Positions 10,166 to 23,432 are shown, counted from the whole stretch's first letter. The stretch is DNA of 60,856 bases, filler included, from Globobulimina sp. (GCA_003354225.1; 18 parts of 18 records of this genome joined end to end with filler, not necessarily neighbours in it), one strand, 5' to 3'. The notes: generated by a model not told the origin, from the sequence alone. Numbers and translations are program-made.

Positions 10166-13100
10166 CAAGAAGATACAATCGGTGCCATTATCTTTGCCCG
10201 ATTTAAATTAGCAATAAATTTCGATTCAACTGCCTCATTTATTCCACCTCCATTGAATGTGGTTGGCATTGTTGCATTATTAATATTTTATATGTTTGAG
10301 ATTTTTGTAAATCAGATAAGGAAAATATTTTTTCGCACTTGTAAATATTTTCAATTTGAGTTGGATGAAAAAAGCTATTTTAAAAAGTACGATTTCGCCG
10401 TTGCCATCATGCCCCATTTTATGAGAAATCGAAGGTTATTTTATATATAATTTTTCGTTTTTGTTTGATTAATGTTAACAATGATAAATATATTTAGGTT
10501 GGAATTAGACAGTCAAATATTGTCAGAAAATTGTGGCTGTAGTTGGGTCATCAAAACAAATAAAGGTGCCACACATTGCAGGATTACTAAATATATGCCA
10601 GAAATCCGGAAACATAATGTTAAATTCTTCAAAGATTCGGAGTGCAAAACTGCGATCAAAGTATCTGTTGCCAATAATCTCGAAAAGAAACATATTTGGT
10701 TGCTCGATTTGTTTGATTTAGGACAGAAAAAGTTATTAGATTTTAAACAATTTGACCATGTCAAAGTGAGTCAAGATTGGTCAAATATTAATAAAATACA
10801 GATAGCGAAATCCAAACAAGATGATGTTTTATGTTGTACATTTTTTAGAAAATATGTGAATACCTCAGATTATTGGATTTGTGGCTTCTGTCGGGCCTAC
10901 GTTAAAGAATCAAAATTGTCAATTAATAGATTAGGCAAAATGCTCAATGTCAGTGATATTGAGCTAAAATTAATAAATAAAATTCAACCTCGTTTATGTC
11001 CAAATTGCTATCGTTGTCGAGCCTCAATCACAGAAAGAAAAAGATGGGAATTGGTGTGGGAAATTATATCCATTTATATATTTTATATTTGTGTATGGCT
11101 GCCATTAGCCATAATATTGGCTGTATTGCTACTTTTGCAAAAGTCAACAGAATGTGCTGGATTATGTCGTTCGATCGAAATATTAAAACTAAAAATCATT
11201 AAATTGTGTTCCAAGGATTTAAACGAGGACCAAATTAATGATATAAATAGCCAATATCCAATATATTGTTCATTCCATTATAACGATACCGAACTATTGA
11301 CAAAAATGAATGAAATGGGCGATGGCGACAAATTATTTGATAGCAAAGTCCGTGATGGCTTGTGGCAAACATTACATTCCGCAAAAGATACAATCGATCC
11401 ATTTTTATTGAAAGAAAAAATTAATAAACATATTATGATCGCGAGTGTCGAGGATGAGTTGAGTCCGTATGAATTTTATGATGAATACATCAATTTTAAA
11501 ACGTTAAAATCAAGCAATTGTTGGGAGGCATATTTGAGACCAATTGCAAACATTATATTTGGTCGGATACAAAAATTAAGACATGATTATATTCCGTTAT
11601 CTTTGTTGACCAGATATCCCTTCGAAGTCTCATTGATTATGGATGAATTTCAACAAATGGAAGACTTTAAAGATGATCAATGTTCAGCGGAAGATATTAT
11701 TTCTGCATTAAAGCAAAAAAAGTGGTTAAATTGTAATGACAATGATGAACGAACATTAATTGTTGGAACAATCGACAAAGATGTTATAGAATATATCGAT
11801 GAAACTAATAAAGAAAGTAAGTTGTTTGGGAAATTTATCCGATATTTAAAAAATGTGCAGTCCTTATTTCAAGATGTGAGGAAAATAAAAACCATGCTTC
11901 GTGACGTTGATGCAGCGATAATTGAAGAAGGCATTCATGGCAAGGTGTATCAGGATGAAATTTATTTTTTATTTGAAGATATCAAGAATAATATTGAAGG
12001 AATACCAGTTTTTAATGCAATGAGAGCGGACTCAAAAAATTCGGATTCAAAACAAATTCAATTATGGACGATTCGAAATACATTGCAATCATTGTATTAT
12101 TTGGTACGTACTGTACGGAAACAGACATTAGAAAAACATTCGAGAATTTATGTAAATAAACAAGAATTACTACAATTAATATTTGACACATTTGCTTATG
12201 ATATTGGCGGTATTAATGAACTGGAATTAGATATTTGTGATCAAGACTTATTGCAAGAATACAAAGATGAAGAAGAAGAAAATGAAAAGGAAGAAGAAAG
12301 CCGAATGTATCTATTTCATCACGAAATTACTACCGCAAAAGATGTGAAACAAGAAATATCCTCAATTTTTGACAGAATACAAGGAAAAAGAAAAGAAAAT
12401 ATAACAGAAGCAACCATTCATTTTTATAAACGAAATGGTTTAAAACAATGTAAATTATTACAGGATGCTGAGAGTTTGCGATATATTTTTGAACAGTTAG
12501 CTCGATATCTGACGTTTAATCGAAATGAATTGACAAAATCATGCGACGATACTGCATTAACAAAAATATTATTACATACAAAAAAGTTTGGTGATAATTA
12601 TTTTATTGATAATGAAACGATTCCAACACTTTTGAATGAAATGCTTATTAAAGATTTATATCAACATTTATTGAATGTATTTAATGAATATAACACTAAT
12701 AAGAATGAAAAATTAATGTCAGTAAAAGATGTATTATCGATTATTATGTTATATCAACGGATATTTGCGACATTACGCAAAGAGATTATTGATAATGCGG
12801 ATACATTTCGCGTAACACATGCTATATTTTGTAAATTTGTGTCTTGGGAAGAATTTGATGTTGGCATAGCAAGGGATCAATGGACCAAAAAAATTAAACG
12901 AGCATCCAACTTATTTCAGTCTGTTTTGGATGTACAACAAGGATTTATCACATTGGGTCAGATACAATCGACACTCAACAAATTAATAAATGATATAACA
13001 TCGATGCGATGTGGCGAATTAATTAGAATTATGAACCATTTTCAAAGTAAAATGGAAAGTGATGAGGATAAATTTAATTTTTTAAGAAATGAACAATGGG

Positions 13101-13452
13101 TTGTTTTTATCAATGGATTGGCCAAAAATTTCCAAATGAATGTAAAAAGTATTGATTTGTATGAAAAGATATGGGAAGAAAAAGAGTACAAAGCTGAAGA
13201 AAATGATTCAAGAATTATGCAAACATTATTACAAAATACGGAATTTGATATTCTTTGTGTTATTGATGGTGATGATGATGAGAAGAAGAGAGAGAGCGTA
13301 AAACCAAGAATGAAAATTGTATTTGAAACCATATTATCGTTTAATTCAAAGCGGATTACAATACAGCAATTAATACAATATTTGAAAAAATTTAAAAATT
13401 TTTTAAAAGCAAACCAAAAATTAAACGAGATTCTTAATTATAAGCAATATGA
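10166..13452 (+). CDS. TRP-family ion channel C-terminal region with a very long tail; partial at both ends. Exons 10166-10434, 10498-13452
   Basis: Frame from 10166 reads QEDTIGAIIFARFKLAINFDSTASFIPPPLNVV, resembling TRP box 1 (EWKFAR) and box 2 (LPPPFN). Intron 10435-10497 joins it in frame to the ~1000-aa ORF. Confidence 0.7.
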
Positions 13453-13552
13453 NNNNNNNNNNNNNNNNNNNNNNNNNNNNNNNNNNNNNNNNNNNNTTAA
13501 TTAATTAANNNNNNNNNNNNNNNNNNNNNNNNNNNNNNNNNNNNNNNNNNNN

Positions 13553-14955
13553 ACATTAAGTATCTCAATAAAATATCGCAAAACATCACTATTTTTATCA
13601 TAATTAAACTGATTCACATCCTTTCTGTCCTGATATTTCTCATAATTATCCGTGAAACTATCCATTAAACCAACCAATTCATCCATATATTTACAAAATA
13701 ACTGATAATATTTACTTTCTTTACCATCATTGCCTATAAATCCAGACAATAATTTAATAAAATAATACAAAAATTGACTGGTTTCACTGTGATCCATCTC
13801 AAGCAATGAAAATGTATCCAAATATTTGAATATTTCACCCTTTTTGAACCATAATGATTCCACACCGCTGCCATATATATCACACAATGCATTACTTATA
13901 ATCGCAACCTCTTTGACATGCATTGCATTTATATTTGTATATAAATCACTTTCTAACTTCTTCAAACCATCAATATACGTCAATGTACTTCCAGTTTCAC
14001 GCAAAATGTTGCCAATTCCAGTTAAAAAATTTAATATTTCGTAGTTATCACTGCTTGCATAGATCTTTTCATTCATAAACCTCTCAATCAACGCATAACA
14101 CAAACTCACATAATCAATATTGTCCTCATCACCATTCTCATTGTCAATATTGCGATATTTGATAACTTTGCCAAATGAATGTGCTGCAATGCTGTAACTC
14201 TGCGCAATATCATTAATGCCAAACCATTCATTATCTCTGTGCATATTTATAATTCTTTGCGCTATTTTTTGCATCAATGCATGATTATACATTTGATTTT
14301 GTGTCAATACATTAATAATATCGGAAATGTTCCATATTTCTAGTTTATAAAACAATGGATTTGCATTCAAACTGTCAGCACATTTAAGCAAACATAATCT
14401 GCCTCGATTCGTGTCAGCTAACCCTAATTTTTGCAGTGACCACAGAGTTTGCGCAATAAAACGAGGCTTTAATACGGCGACAGAGAGGGCACATTCTTCC
14501 ATTAAGTCCCATAAATATCGGTTGTTTATGTCAATGTGGTTATTGCTGTTATTTATTTGGGCCAAATGATGGATAGCGACACAAGAATGATATGGCTTCC
14601 ATTCAATATATCGATGGTGTTTACGTAATGTTAACCCTATTATATCCAATAAATCTATTGAATTTACGGTTTCTTTGATTAAGGAAGTCATGGATTTATG
14701 GTCGATGCTGTCATGTTTTGAAGCGCGTTGCGACCAAATCCGATCGACTGGGGACCAGTCATGTTTATGCGCGATATGCGTGGGAATGAACATTTTGGTT
14801 CTTGTCGGTGACATTTTCTTAGGCTCTCCTTTGGCTGCATTGCCGTAAATGCGTCTGTATCTTACGCGACCTCTGTATTTACTGAATTTACGGTAATGGA
14901 TGGTCCATTGTTTGAGACCGTTGCGGTTGGCAGCAGAGAATTGTAAAGACAGCAT
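13553..14955 (-). CDS. Putative mitochondrial helical-repeat RNA-binding protein (OPR/HPR/FASTK-like), 3'-partial
   Basis: Arg/Ser-rich, acid-poor N-terminus (transit-peptide-like). Repeats 'LKPRFIAQTLWSLQKLGL', 'IWNISDIINVLTQ', 'AQSYSIAAHSFGKV', 'MHVKEVAIISNAL'. Confidence 0.6.
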
Positions 14956-15620
14956 GCTTCGAAGCAGAAGTTTTCAGTAGCTGTGCTCAGGATTTTCATC
15001 GACTATGAACTTATTTATTATCAACATTCAACAATTAAAAGAGTTGTATCAAGTCTATAATTCTTAGGGAAAGTTACTTTTCAACAGTAAGACATTTTGG
15101 CATTTTGAATATTGTGTGTATGGTGCAAATAAGTAACATTGATGACAACCTGCAGGTACATCTTCAAACCATTTCCCATTTTCACTGTGCTCGATCGAAA
15201 ACAGCTTTTGTTGCGACATGAGAATTGTTTAACAGTGCTATATATTGACCATACCATACATCCTCTGGGAGATCTTCTGACTGTTTGTGCTCTCCATCTT
15301 CAAAACACTAAGAAATCAATTCCTCCCCCCTAAAAATCCTACCTTGGATGCTTACATCTTACTTTCTCAAACTACTATTCTGCTATATTTTGTACGCTGC
15401 TTTTAAAGGTAACTTATTGTACAAAAAAAATGCCCACATAATTGAAAGAGGAAAAGTATATTTAAAAACAATAAATAAATATAAAACTAATAAAATAAAA
15501 TGCACACTAAAATTAAATAAATTCACAAATAAAACTCCCTATAAAAATTTGCATATACTAAAATTCCCAAACAACGATAATATAAATTTGTATACAGATT
15601 ACCCGCATTCCCGCAACATT

Positions 15621-16760
15621 ATGAAACCAAAAGAATCCAATAATAAACCAAAGATTAATCACATTAATAATAACAAGGAAATGCCATCGCAACCAATTAA
15701 AAAAAGAATCCCATTAAAGCATCATACTATATCTTTATCTTTAAACCAATATCAAAGAGACGCTGGCTTAGCAACAAGAAAAAGAACGTATCATATTCGA
15801 GATGTATTAAATTTAAAACATAACGGCAAAATTATCGCTGCATTCTCGGAAGATTTGCTTCTCCCAAATAAGAAACCTGAATGGAGTAAAGAAGCGGCAG
15901 TAAGCACTGTCAATGTAATTAATATTAATAATACTTATTATTTCGCAATGGATTGGATGGTTCTCCCTCCTTCGCCGCCGAGTGATATCATCGATAATAA
16001 ACCGTATAAACCTGCGGTCCCTCCATCGCCACCAAATACCTTTACAAGAGGCGATAAAAAACTACCTGCGATTATTGAACATAACAAAGAGTCCCTCCGC
16101 ATCTCTCAATATCCACAACTTAAACGTTCCCCAAATCGACGGCAATATAAATCCAGAAAAAACTCAAAAAAGAAACAAACCAAACCGCAACCAAGTAATA
16201 ATGATGAAATTCTTGCAGATCAATTAAAAAACATAAAAAAAACCAATGCCTACATCCGATACACCATTAAACATAAAAAAATATGGGACAGAAGATACGA
16301 TAAAATCAATTTGGAAGAAGCTGCGGCCCATTTAAATGAATACAGAGAAGTGTGGCAATTAGAAAATGAATGTAAAATTAGCAATGTCCGAGTAACTACC
16401 AATTCGTTGAATATATATACCCCGGTCTATAAATTCCAGAATTTGCTCAATGGAAAAGACCCTGATTTCGACCAAGCGATAAAAATAATTTATCAAAATG
16501 CAAGAGCTGGCCATCCAATCCATAGTTTGGTTATTTATGAATTAATCCCATCGATAACCTATGTAAATGAGAAACGTATGTTACATTTGGATCCAATTAG
16601 TGGCTCAAGAACCGAGTCAATTTTAATGAATTTAAATTGGAAATTCCCATTCCCGCAATTCGAATATAATGACATTGAGATTTATTATATTAAAAAAAAT
16701 CTAAATTGGCGACCAGTCAATATGTGTTTATTCAATATCCCATTAAGAATATTACAATAA
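15621..16760 (+). CDS. Hypothetical basic/Pro-rich protein, possibly retroelement ORF1-like
   Basis: Long intronless ORF (extends upstream to 15348 through A-rich sequence); PPSPP motifs and Lys-rich tract; no diagnostic motif. Confidence 0.45.
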   Translation: MKPKESNNKPKINHINNNKEMPSQPIKKRIPLKHHTISLSLNQYQRDAGLATRKRTYHIRDVLNLKHNGKIIAAFSEDLLLPNKKPEWSKEAAVSTVNVININNTYYFAMDWMVLPPSPPSDIIDNKPYKPAVPPSPPNTFTRGDKKLPAIIEHNKESLRISQYPQLKRSPNRRQYKSRKNSKKKQTKPQPSNNDEILADQLKNIKKTNAYIRYTIKHKKIWDRRYDKINLEEAAAHLNEYREVWQLENECKISNVRVTTNSLNIYTPVYKFQNLLNGKDPDFDQAIKIIYQNARAGHPIHSLVIYELIPSITYVNEKRMLHLDPISGSRTESILMNLNWKFPFPQFEYNDIEIYYIKKNLNWRPVNMCLFNIPLRILQ

Positions 16761-16940
16761 CTCACTTCGACGTATATTAAATTGCAAAGTTAAAGCCGCG
16801 ATTAATTCGACCTGCATTTTATACACAATAATAAATGTAANNNNNNNNNNNNNNNNNNNNNNNNNNNNNNNNNNNNNNNNNNNNTTAATTAATTAANNNN
16901 NNNNNNNNNNNNNNNNNNNNNNNNNNNNNNNNNNNNNNNN

Positions 16941-17504
16941 AGTAATAAAGTCACTGAATTCGAAAAGAATATGGAAATGATTGATTTTTGGAGTTCCGTT
17001 GAACATATTACATTTATTCGAGATTTTTTGAATCGAAATATTCCATTTTATTCTGGTTATTCAAAAAGAAATATTATGGAAATAATTATTGATTATATAA
17101 TGAGGAATGGAGTTTGTGATCGTTCGTATAATTTATTAGTTGATACTTGTCACAAATCAGATATGTCTCTGATCATAAATCTTATCATAACATCACAACA
17201 TTTTAATCATTCAAATTCGTGCAATTTGTTAAAGATTATGTTACATTCAAAATGGATGGATTTTAAAGAAATGGAATGGTTATTAAATAAAATTAGAAAG
17301 AAACAAAATGAAATGGCTCACGAGATTGAATATGCACAAACGATAAATGGACGAATTAGGAAAATACAGAATTATTTATTAATATTACAGATTCATGGAT
17401 ACAAATCAATATTACAAATGAATATTACAGATAGGTTGCAACCACAAAAGATATCAATCAATGTCAAATGCACTCAGAATGATTGCTGTTGTGTTACAAT
17501 GTAA
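16941..17504 (+). CDS. Hypothetical protein, 5'-partial; ends in CaaX-like 'CVTM'
   Basis: Open frame from the contig start; C-terminus DCCCVTM*. Confidence 0.55.
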   Translation, partial: SNKVTEFEKNMEMIDFWSSVEHITFIRDFLNRNIPFYSGYSKRNIMEIIIDYIMRNGVCDRSYNLLVDTCHKSDMSLIINLIITSQHFNHSNSCNLLKIMLHSKWMDFKEMEWLLNKIRKKQNEMAHEIEYAQTINGRIRKIQNYLLILQIHGYKSILQMNITDRLQPQKISINVKCTQNDCCCVTM

Positions 17505-17559
17505 ACAAATTCCATACTCATGAAAATTATATACGATGTTATATCGATCCTTGTTGACT

Positions 17560-17609
17560 GCCAAAGCCTTCCGCTTGCAAAGCCAAAGGCCAAAGCCTTC
17601 CGCTTGCAA
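17560..17609. repeat. 21-bp direct repeat
   Basis: gccaaagccttccgcttgcaa at 17560-17580 and 17589-17609. Confidence 0.9.
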
Positions 17610-18043
17610 CGTACATCCTAGCAAAAGGAGAGCATTCATCACGTTTTAACAAAAGCAAAAAAGTTTACACTTCACATTTTCCTCACTTAAATTGATGCTT
17701 AGCTGCAGCAGCGAAGCTACAATGTTTTGTCTGTAGTACTCCGCACGCGCATAAAAACATTTGTCAGTTTAAATCAATTCAAAATCAATAATTAAGTTTG
17801 CAATTCAGCATCGCGTGGTACCATAAGCTTTTGACAACGCTTCTCAAATCGAGTTTGTTTTGACAATGATCATTGGGTTTTTTTTATCATTCTTTTGACT
17901 TTATGTGTATGTCAGGAAAAATTAAACCAAACAGAATATAGAGATTAGATGTCTGTTTTACAAAAACAAAAATTGAAAAAACGTAAAATAGCGTCATTTT
18001 AGAGATGCGTACATTGTTGGACATGGAGTCCAACATTAAATTG

Positions 18044-18730
18044 TCAAAATTGGATGGCCGATGCTGGTAAAAGTGGTGGAATTTCATCCAAATCATTGAT
18101 TTCAGCTGGAAGAGGAAAAAGTTGTCCAACTTTTCTAACAACAGAAATGATTCTCTCATCTTGCTTTGAATTGGGCGTTATTCCAATATCACATAATGTC
18201 ATTGAGCTGCTGATGTAGTCATATCTAACACCATCAAATTTAAAGGTATACCCTGAAACAACTGATGCTGGGAAGTCAAAAGCGTCAATAAGTACAGCTT
18301 CAACTGTATCCCATAATTGTTGTAATGTTGATTCTTTTTTTAAATAAATGTTAGCAAATGTTGGATTTAATGGAGCTTTGACAACAATTTCAATTAACTG
18401 GGAAATTTCAAATGTGGTAATTTCACCATCAGAGCCAATACTAATTCCAAGATCATCAAATCCCGTTTCTTCATAACTCTTAAAACCATCCATGCTGTCA
18501 ATGCATTTTCCTGCATAATGTAATTCAAAATGATAACTTGGAGAAAGAGTTTCGTGTATTTTGCTTTCTAATTCCGACATTTTTGCGTCTGATACAATTT
18601 CGATAGTGGCTTCTCCACCAAATTGATCTTTAACTCTTACCATACCCAATGGAGCACTGAATGCCATCACGACTCGTAACAAAATTAAAAAAATTGTTCT
18701 TGTCCTAGAGAATTTGTTAAAATTGTACAT
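18044..18730 (-). CDS. Protein with two tandem ubiquitin-like domains (start possibly at MAFSAP)
   Basis: 'MVRVKDQFGGEATIEIVSDAKMSELESKI...FELHYAGKCI' and 'IEIVVKAP...STLQQL...YTFKFDGVRY...MTLCDIGI' follow the beta-grasp pattern. Confidence 0.6.
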   Translation of the reverse strand: MYNFNKFSRTRTIFLILLRVVMAFSAPLGMVRVKDQFGGEATIEIVSDAKMSELESKIHETLSPSYHFELHYAGKCIDSMDGFKSYEETGFDDLGISIGSDGEITTFEISQLIEIVVKAPLNPTFANIYLKKESTLQQLWDTVEAVLIDAFDFPASVVSGYTFKFDGVRYDYISSSMTLCDIGITPNSKQDERIISVVRKVGQLFPLPAEINDLDEIPPLLPASAIQF

Positions 18731-18937
18731 TGAATCTTAATTGTCTCAGATTTTTGTAATGCACGCAACTATTTTTAATCGCTAGTAAGTTTTTAAAACT
18801 GAAGGTTTGTTATTTTTGCAGCTACTCCACAGATGATATTATTAATAGTTTACAAGAATGCGACTTAACGCTCCTTCCATGTAACGAATCTAAGTGGTTA
18901 CTAAAAGTAATGAGAAAGAAGTGCAGTTGGTTTCCAT

Positions 18938-19906
18938 TTGACTTTTTGCCTCCTGTGAAATGGTCGATGGTAACGTACAGTTTTCTGCAGTTTTCCAAAA
19001 GCTTGACTGAATATTCACCAGCCCAAATCTAAATGCACGGGCACTAATAGATTGGGTGGATGTACAGTAGGTCGAATGTATCATTTTCAGTGCAAATAAA
19101 GTGTAGAAATAATTAAAAGCAAAGAAAATAAAATCGAGTGTCCAGAAGGTTGTTATGCAAATAAAGGGAAATGTTGGCATATTTATGATGATGAAGAACT
19201 TGCACAAATGTACCTGAATTCAGCTGCATTTACCGTGAATTCATTACGTGATTGCAAATGTGCGTTAGATTATGCACCCATATGTTGTCAAGGCGATGTA
19301 ACGTATGGTAATGCATGCGAAGCTAATTGTGATTTAGCAACGGAATGTGTGAGTGGTGAATGTGAGTTGTCCAGCGACAGAAGGTGCACAATGGGATGAA
19401 CAATATGGAAATGCGTGTACTGCCGCCTGTGTGTCCAGGATACTGCAGAATTAATTGCTTGTAAGTATGGTGTATGTGAAGATCGATGTGACGCATAGTA
19501 ATGAATGCAATGCGCGATGTTCTGGTTTGGATGATTTAGGATTGTGTACAGAGGGCGAATGTGGAACCGTGTGTCCATTGAAATATGCGCCAGCATGTTG
19601 TGATGATATTGAGCCAGAGCCAGAAGCTGAAGCTGATCGAAACTGAACCGAAGCCTGAACCTGAACCACAATATGTAGCTCCTCCAGAGGCAGAACCTGG
19701 ACGATTGTGTGATTGACAAATTTGAATGAATTGTGGCTGATTTTGTAGGTTTTTGTGTGTGTGTTTGTATGTGTTTGCGTATCTTAATTTGTGTACCAGC
19801 TCTGTTAAATTAAACTGTTAAAAGCAAGTCAGTCTGCGAAAACTGTAGCAGTAAAACTGTAAAATCATTCTAACCATCGATCATTTCACAGGAAGCAAAA
19901 AGTCAA
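18938..19906. mobile_element. Inverted-repeat-bounded ~970-bp segment, candidate non-autonomous TIR element
   Basis: 18938-18973 and 19871-19906 are reverse complements at 33/36 positions, with weaker inward extension. No transposase and no clear TSD. Confidence 0.45.
19208..19720 (+). pseudogene. Decayed multi-Kazal-domain gene
   Basis: Kazal units are spread over different frames: 'CKCALDYAPICCQGDVTYGNACEANC', 'DEQYGNACTAAC', 'THSNECNARC', 'VCPLKYAPACC', then EPEP repeats. They are broken by stops, frameshifts and deletions. Confidence 0.7.
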
Positions 19907-20328
19907 CTATAATCGACCACCACAATTTATTTGTTGGATTTACGGGTGCCATTACCTTTAGAAATGCAAATAATAATCGAAATACTGCCCGTAACAGATG
20001 GCCCATCTATGTCACCTGAACCTTATTAGTGGCACAACAAATTGCACAATTGCATGGAATAAAGTATTGAAACAATGTAGATTGAAGGTCACCAAAATGT
20101 ATATGGAGTTTAGTTGTTTGTAAAAAAGTGTTTTTAATTAAAACAAACTCATAAATTGCCATTATTTTGTCAAATATAGTCATTGCTGTGTTAACTGCTT
20201 GTGGTTAAAACGAGTGCATCTCATGAAANNNNNNNNNNNNNNNNNNNNNNNNNNNNNNNNNNNNNNNNNNNNTTAATTAATTAANNNNNNNNNNNNNNNN
20301 NNNNNNNNNNNNNNNNNNNNNNNNNNNN

Positions 20329-23300
20329 ATTGTAAAGCATTTTTTGACAGTTCCCGCCGCACACTTTGCCAATAAATCGACTATGTCATTCATGCATGAT
20401 TCAGAATGACTGTGTACCCAATAAAATAAAATGAAATTGGTACAGTAATCAAAATTTATTATTTTCGTAATCTCAATGTTTAACATCATATATAGGCCAA
20501 TAATGACGTCATCGGATGGGGAATGTTTCTGTGCTATGATATTAAGACAGTTTTGGCTGTCCGTTATTATTGCTATGCCATCGGACTTATCGACATATTT
20601 TGATTTATTTATTGGGTCATTTATCCATTTTAAAGAATGTAATATGACATAGAATTCCATGATATTTATGTGTGTGCGGATTGATAGGGGCAGTGTAATA
20701 GTATCAATTATATTAAATCCAAGGTAAATAACTACTGCACACCCTCCAATTCCATAGATTCTGCTCTTCGGATCGCACAAATAAGGATAGACGGAGCCAT
20801 CTGGCAAAAAATATAATTTATTTGGTTCTACCATGTCGTCATTCCACATATTCTCATATTTCATAAGAGTTTGCGGAATGAAATTGTATACGAAACGGTT
20901 AGCAAAATTGCCACAAATATATGTTTTTGTGTCCATTGTTCCCAATTTAATCGAATCTATATACCATTGCCAGAATATATTATTTTTCTGCTTCTCCAAT
21001 GGAATCCATCTTAATTTGTCACTAATTTCCTGTTCATTGTTAATTTTGTGATATACCATTTTTATCTCATCAATAAATTCGCCTCTTTTCACAAAAAGGC
21101 CATTGTTTTCATTGCATCTTAATAACTTTGAAAATGATTTGGCATTTAATCGTTTTAGGAATGATTCGAATGTATTAAATCCATTAAAATTATTTCTTTC
21201 AATGTCCGATAATGTATACAACTTATTATTGAATATCCGGATTAATTTATTGTATTCCACTCTAATTTGATTGTTGTCGATAAGATTTAAATACGTTGAA
21301 CCCGCATAGTTTAATAGCGATATCGCTGTTGCTTCAATGAAATACTTTGTAACTCCGGCACTAATTTTGCTGTGTTTGGCATCTAATAACTTATAACAGC
21401 TTCGTCGAATAACTCCAATATCACTCAATATTTTCTTAGTATGCAGATTGAACGTCCATTGGTTATCTAACTCCATTCCTAATATCACGAAGCTATCGGA
21501 ATGTGGATGATCGGTTGTTCCATCCATTGAGAACTTATATGTTCTAAAAGTCTTCAACCAATCAATCAATTTACATTTAATACTATTTTGCTGAGAGAGC
21601 CAATCATTAAATTCAAATTTATTCATAATGATTATGTGTTTTTCATTGGTATTATTGTGCCAATAATACCATATCTTTTCCCGTATTGCATAATTAATGA
21701 CAAAAATTGCAAAGTTATTGTCCGATTGTTTGTGATTGATTGCTTTTATCATTTTGCAAATCGAAATAGCATATACGGGTTGCACACAATTAATAATTCG
21801 CATTTGGTTATGTTTAACAAATAATTTCTGTAATTTAACGATTATAGGGACACATTTATCATATTCATGTTGGAATTGATTTAGTTTTTGATAATAATGA
21901 TCATGGAATACAACAATATGTGATTTATCATTATTTGTTGGAATATTATTAACATTAAAATATTCCCGCATAAAATCCATCGCACTCTGCATCATTGGAT
22001 ACATTTTTTTTAATATGCTAATAAACTTTTTGTTTGATTGCAATTTAATAAAATCATTGATCGATATTTTACTGTCCATAGTTAATTTATTATAATCGGA
22101 CTTTGATGACTTTAATTGTTTCATTTTTTGATTAGTAATTTTAACATAAAAATTTACGTCATCCATTAATATTTTTGGTTGAATCCGTGCAATTTCAGTG
22201 CCATCAATATGATCATACAGAATATAATTATTATTGAGATGATTACAGGCTGGGTTTACATAGACACACCACGCAAAACCCGCAGGTTTGAAACCCTGTG
22301 AAAACAACGAATTTACGGGTTCAAACATATCGGACATCTCATTATTTACCTTACAAACTGATCTAACATTACTTGTAAACGATTTAAACATAGTTATGGC
22401 CACTTCATTGAAACCACAATGATACCTCATTTTATCTTCAATTATTTCAGGTGCCATCGAATTATATGCGCTGCTCGAATCATTTGAGGTTAATACAGTG
22501 GGAAATCCGCAGCCAACCATCGTGTCAATGTCCGTAATCATATCAATTAAACAATCTTCAGAGCCGCATGCCATCTTTGATGCGTATTGGTGGATGGATA
22601 ACAGATTATATTTTTCGGCATATACTGCTATTCGATTGTATACCATATTTGTATATACCTTAAAAATAGTAACTCCATATTCGAGAGGGCGTAGTGACCC
22701 AATTAATCGCTTATCTTTCCCGCCTTTGATAAGGGGGTTCATTAATCTTTCATTCATGTTATTTGTTACAATTCCATTGTCTTTCCACCAGTTATAAACT
22801 AATAGAAAAACATCGGATATCTGATTTTCAGCGTGTTTAATGAGCCATAAATGGACAATACCATGGAATGCCTTATTTGGATCTATCTGATTTATCGCAT
22901 AATGAAATTCGGATTTTGTGAATGGACCGACCAAGATTTGTAATGATTTTTTCCAATTTGCTACCTCATCCAATTGGTATTGATCTAATTCGTCCGCATC
23001 CATTTCTGACCAAACTTTTTGTTTTAAATCATACGGTTTATCCAATTCACGGGCTCGTTTTCTAGATTTCTTCAATGAATTATCATGCAATGGATTTGAT
23101 TCGTGGCCAATTGTATTCATATATTTTGATATTACATTTGCTTTTGTCTTGTCATCAAATATAAAATCGTCGTATTTCAATTTCGCACTTTGGTCTTTTG
23201 TTATTTTTTTAATTGCCACAGACCTAGGAGGGGGCAGGCCCCAAAAACCCAAGAGGATTTTTTTTTTAGTACGAATATTATCAAGTTGAAGAAACAATTT

Positions 23301-23348
23301 ATCAAGTTGAAGAAACAATTTAATATTCTGAATGAGATTCGAACTCAT
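20329..23348 (-). mobile_element. Non-LTR (LINE-like) retroelement ORF2: reverse transcriptase plus RNase H; runs off the contig at its 3' end; no APE endonuclease seen
   Basis: RT motifs 'LRPLEYG', 'HQYA', 'NDSSSAYNSM', 'FSQGFKPAG', 'ILMDDV', 'NNDKS', 'VILGMELD..WTF..H'. RNase H motifs 'FLPDGSV', 'INIMEF', 'ITDSQ', 'WVHSH', 'NDIVDLLAK'. Confidence 0.9.
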
Positions 23349-23432
23349 TTATATCACCATGACAGAACACCATTTTTTTTATTTTCACGACATTTTTGCA
23401 TTTTCGTTACATGGTAGTCGTGTTCAGAATGC

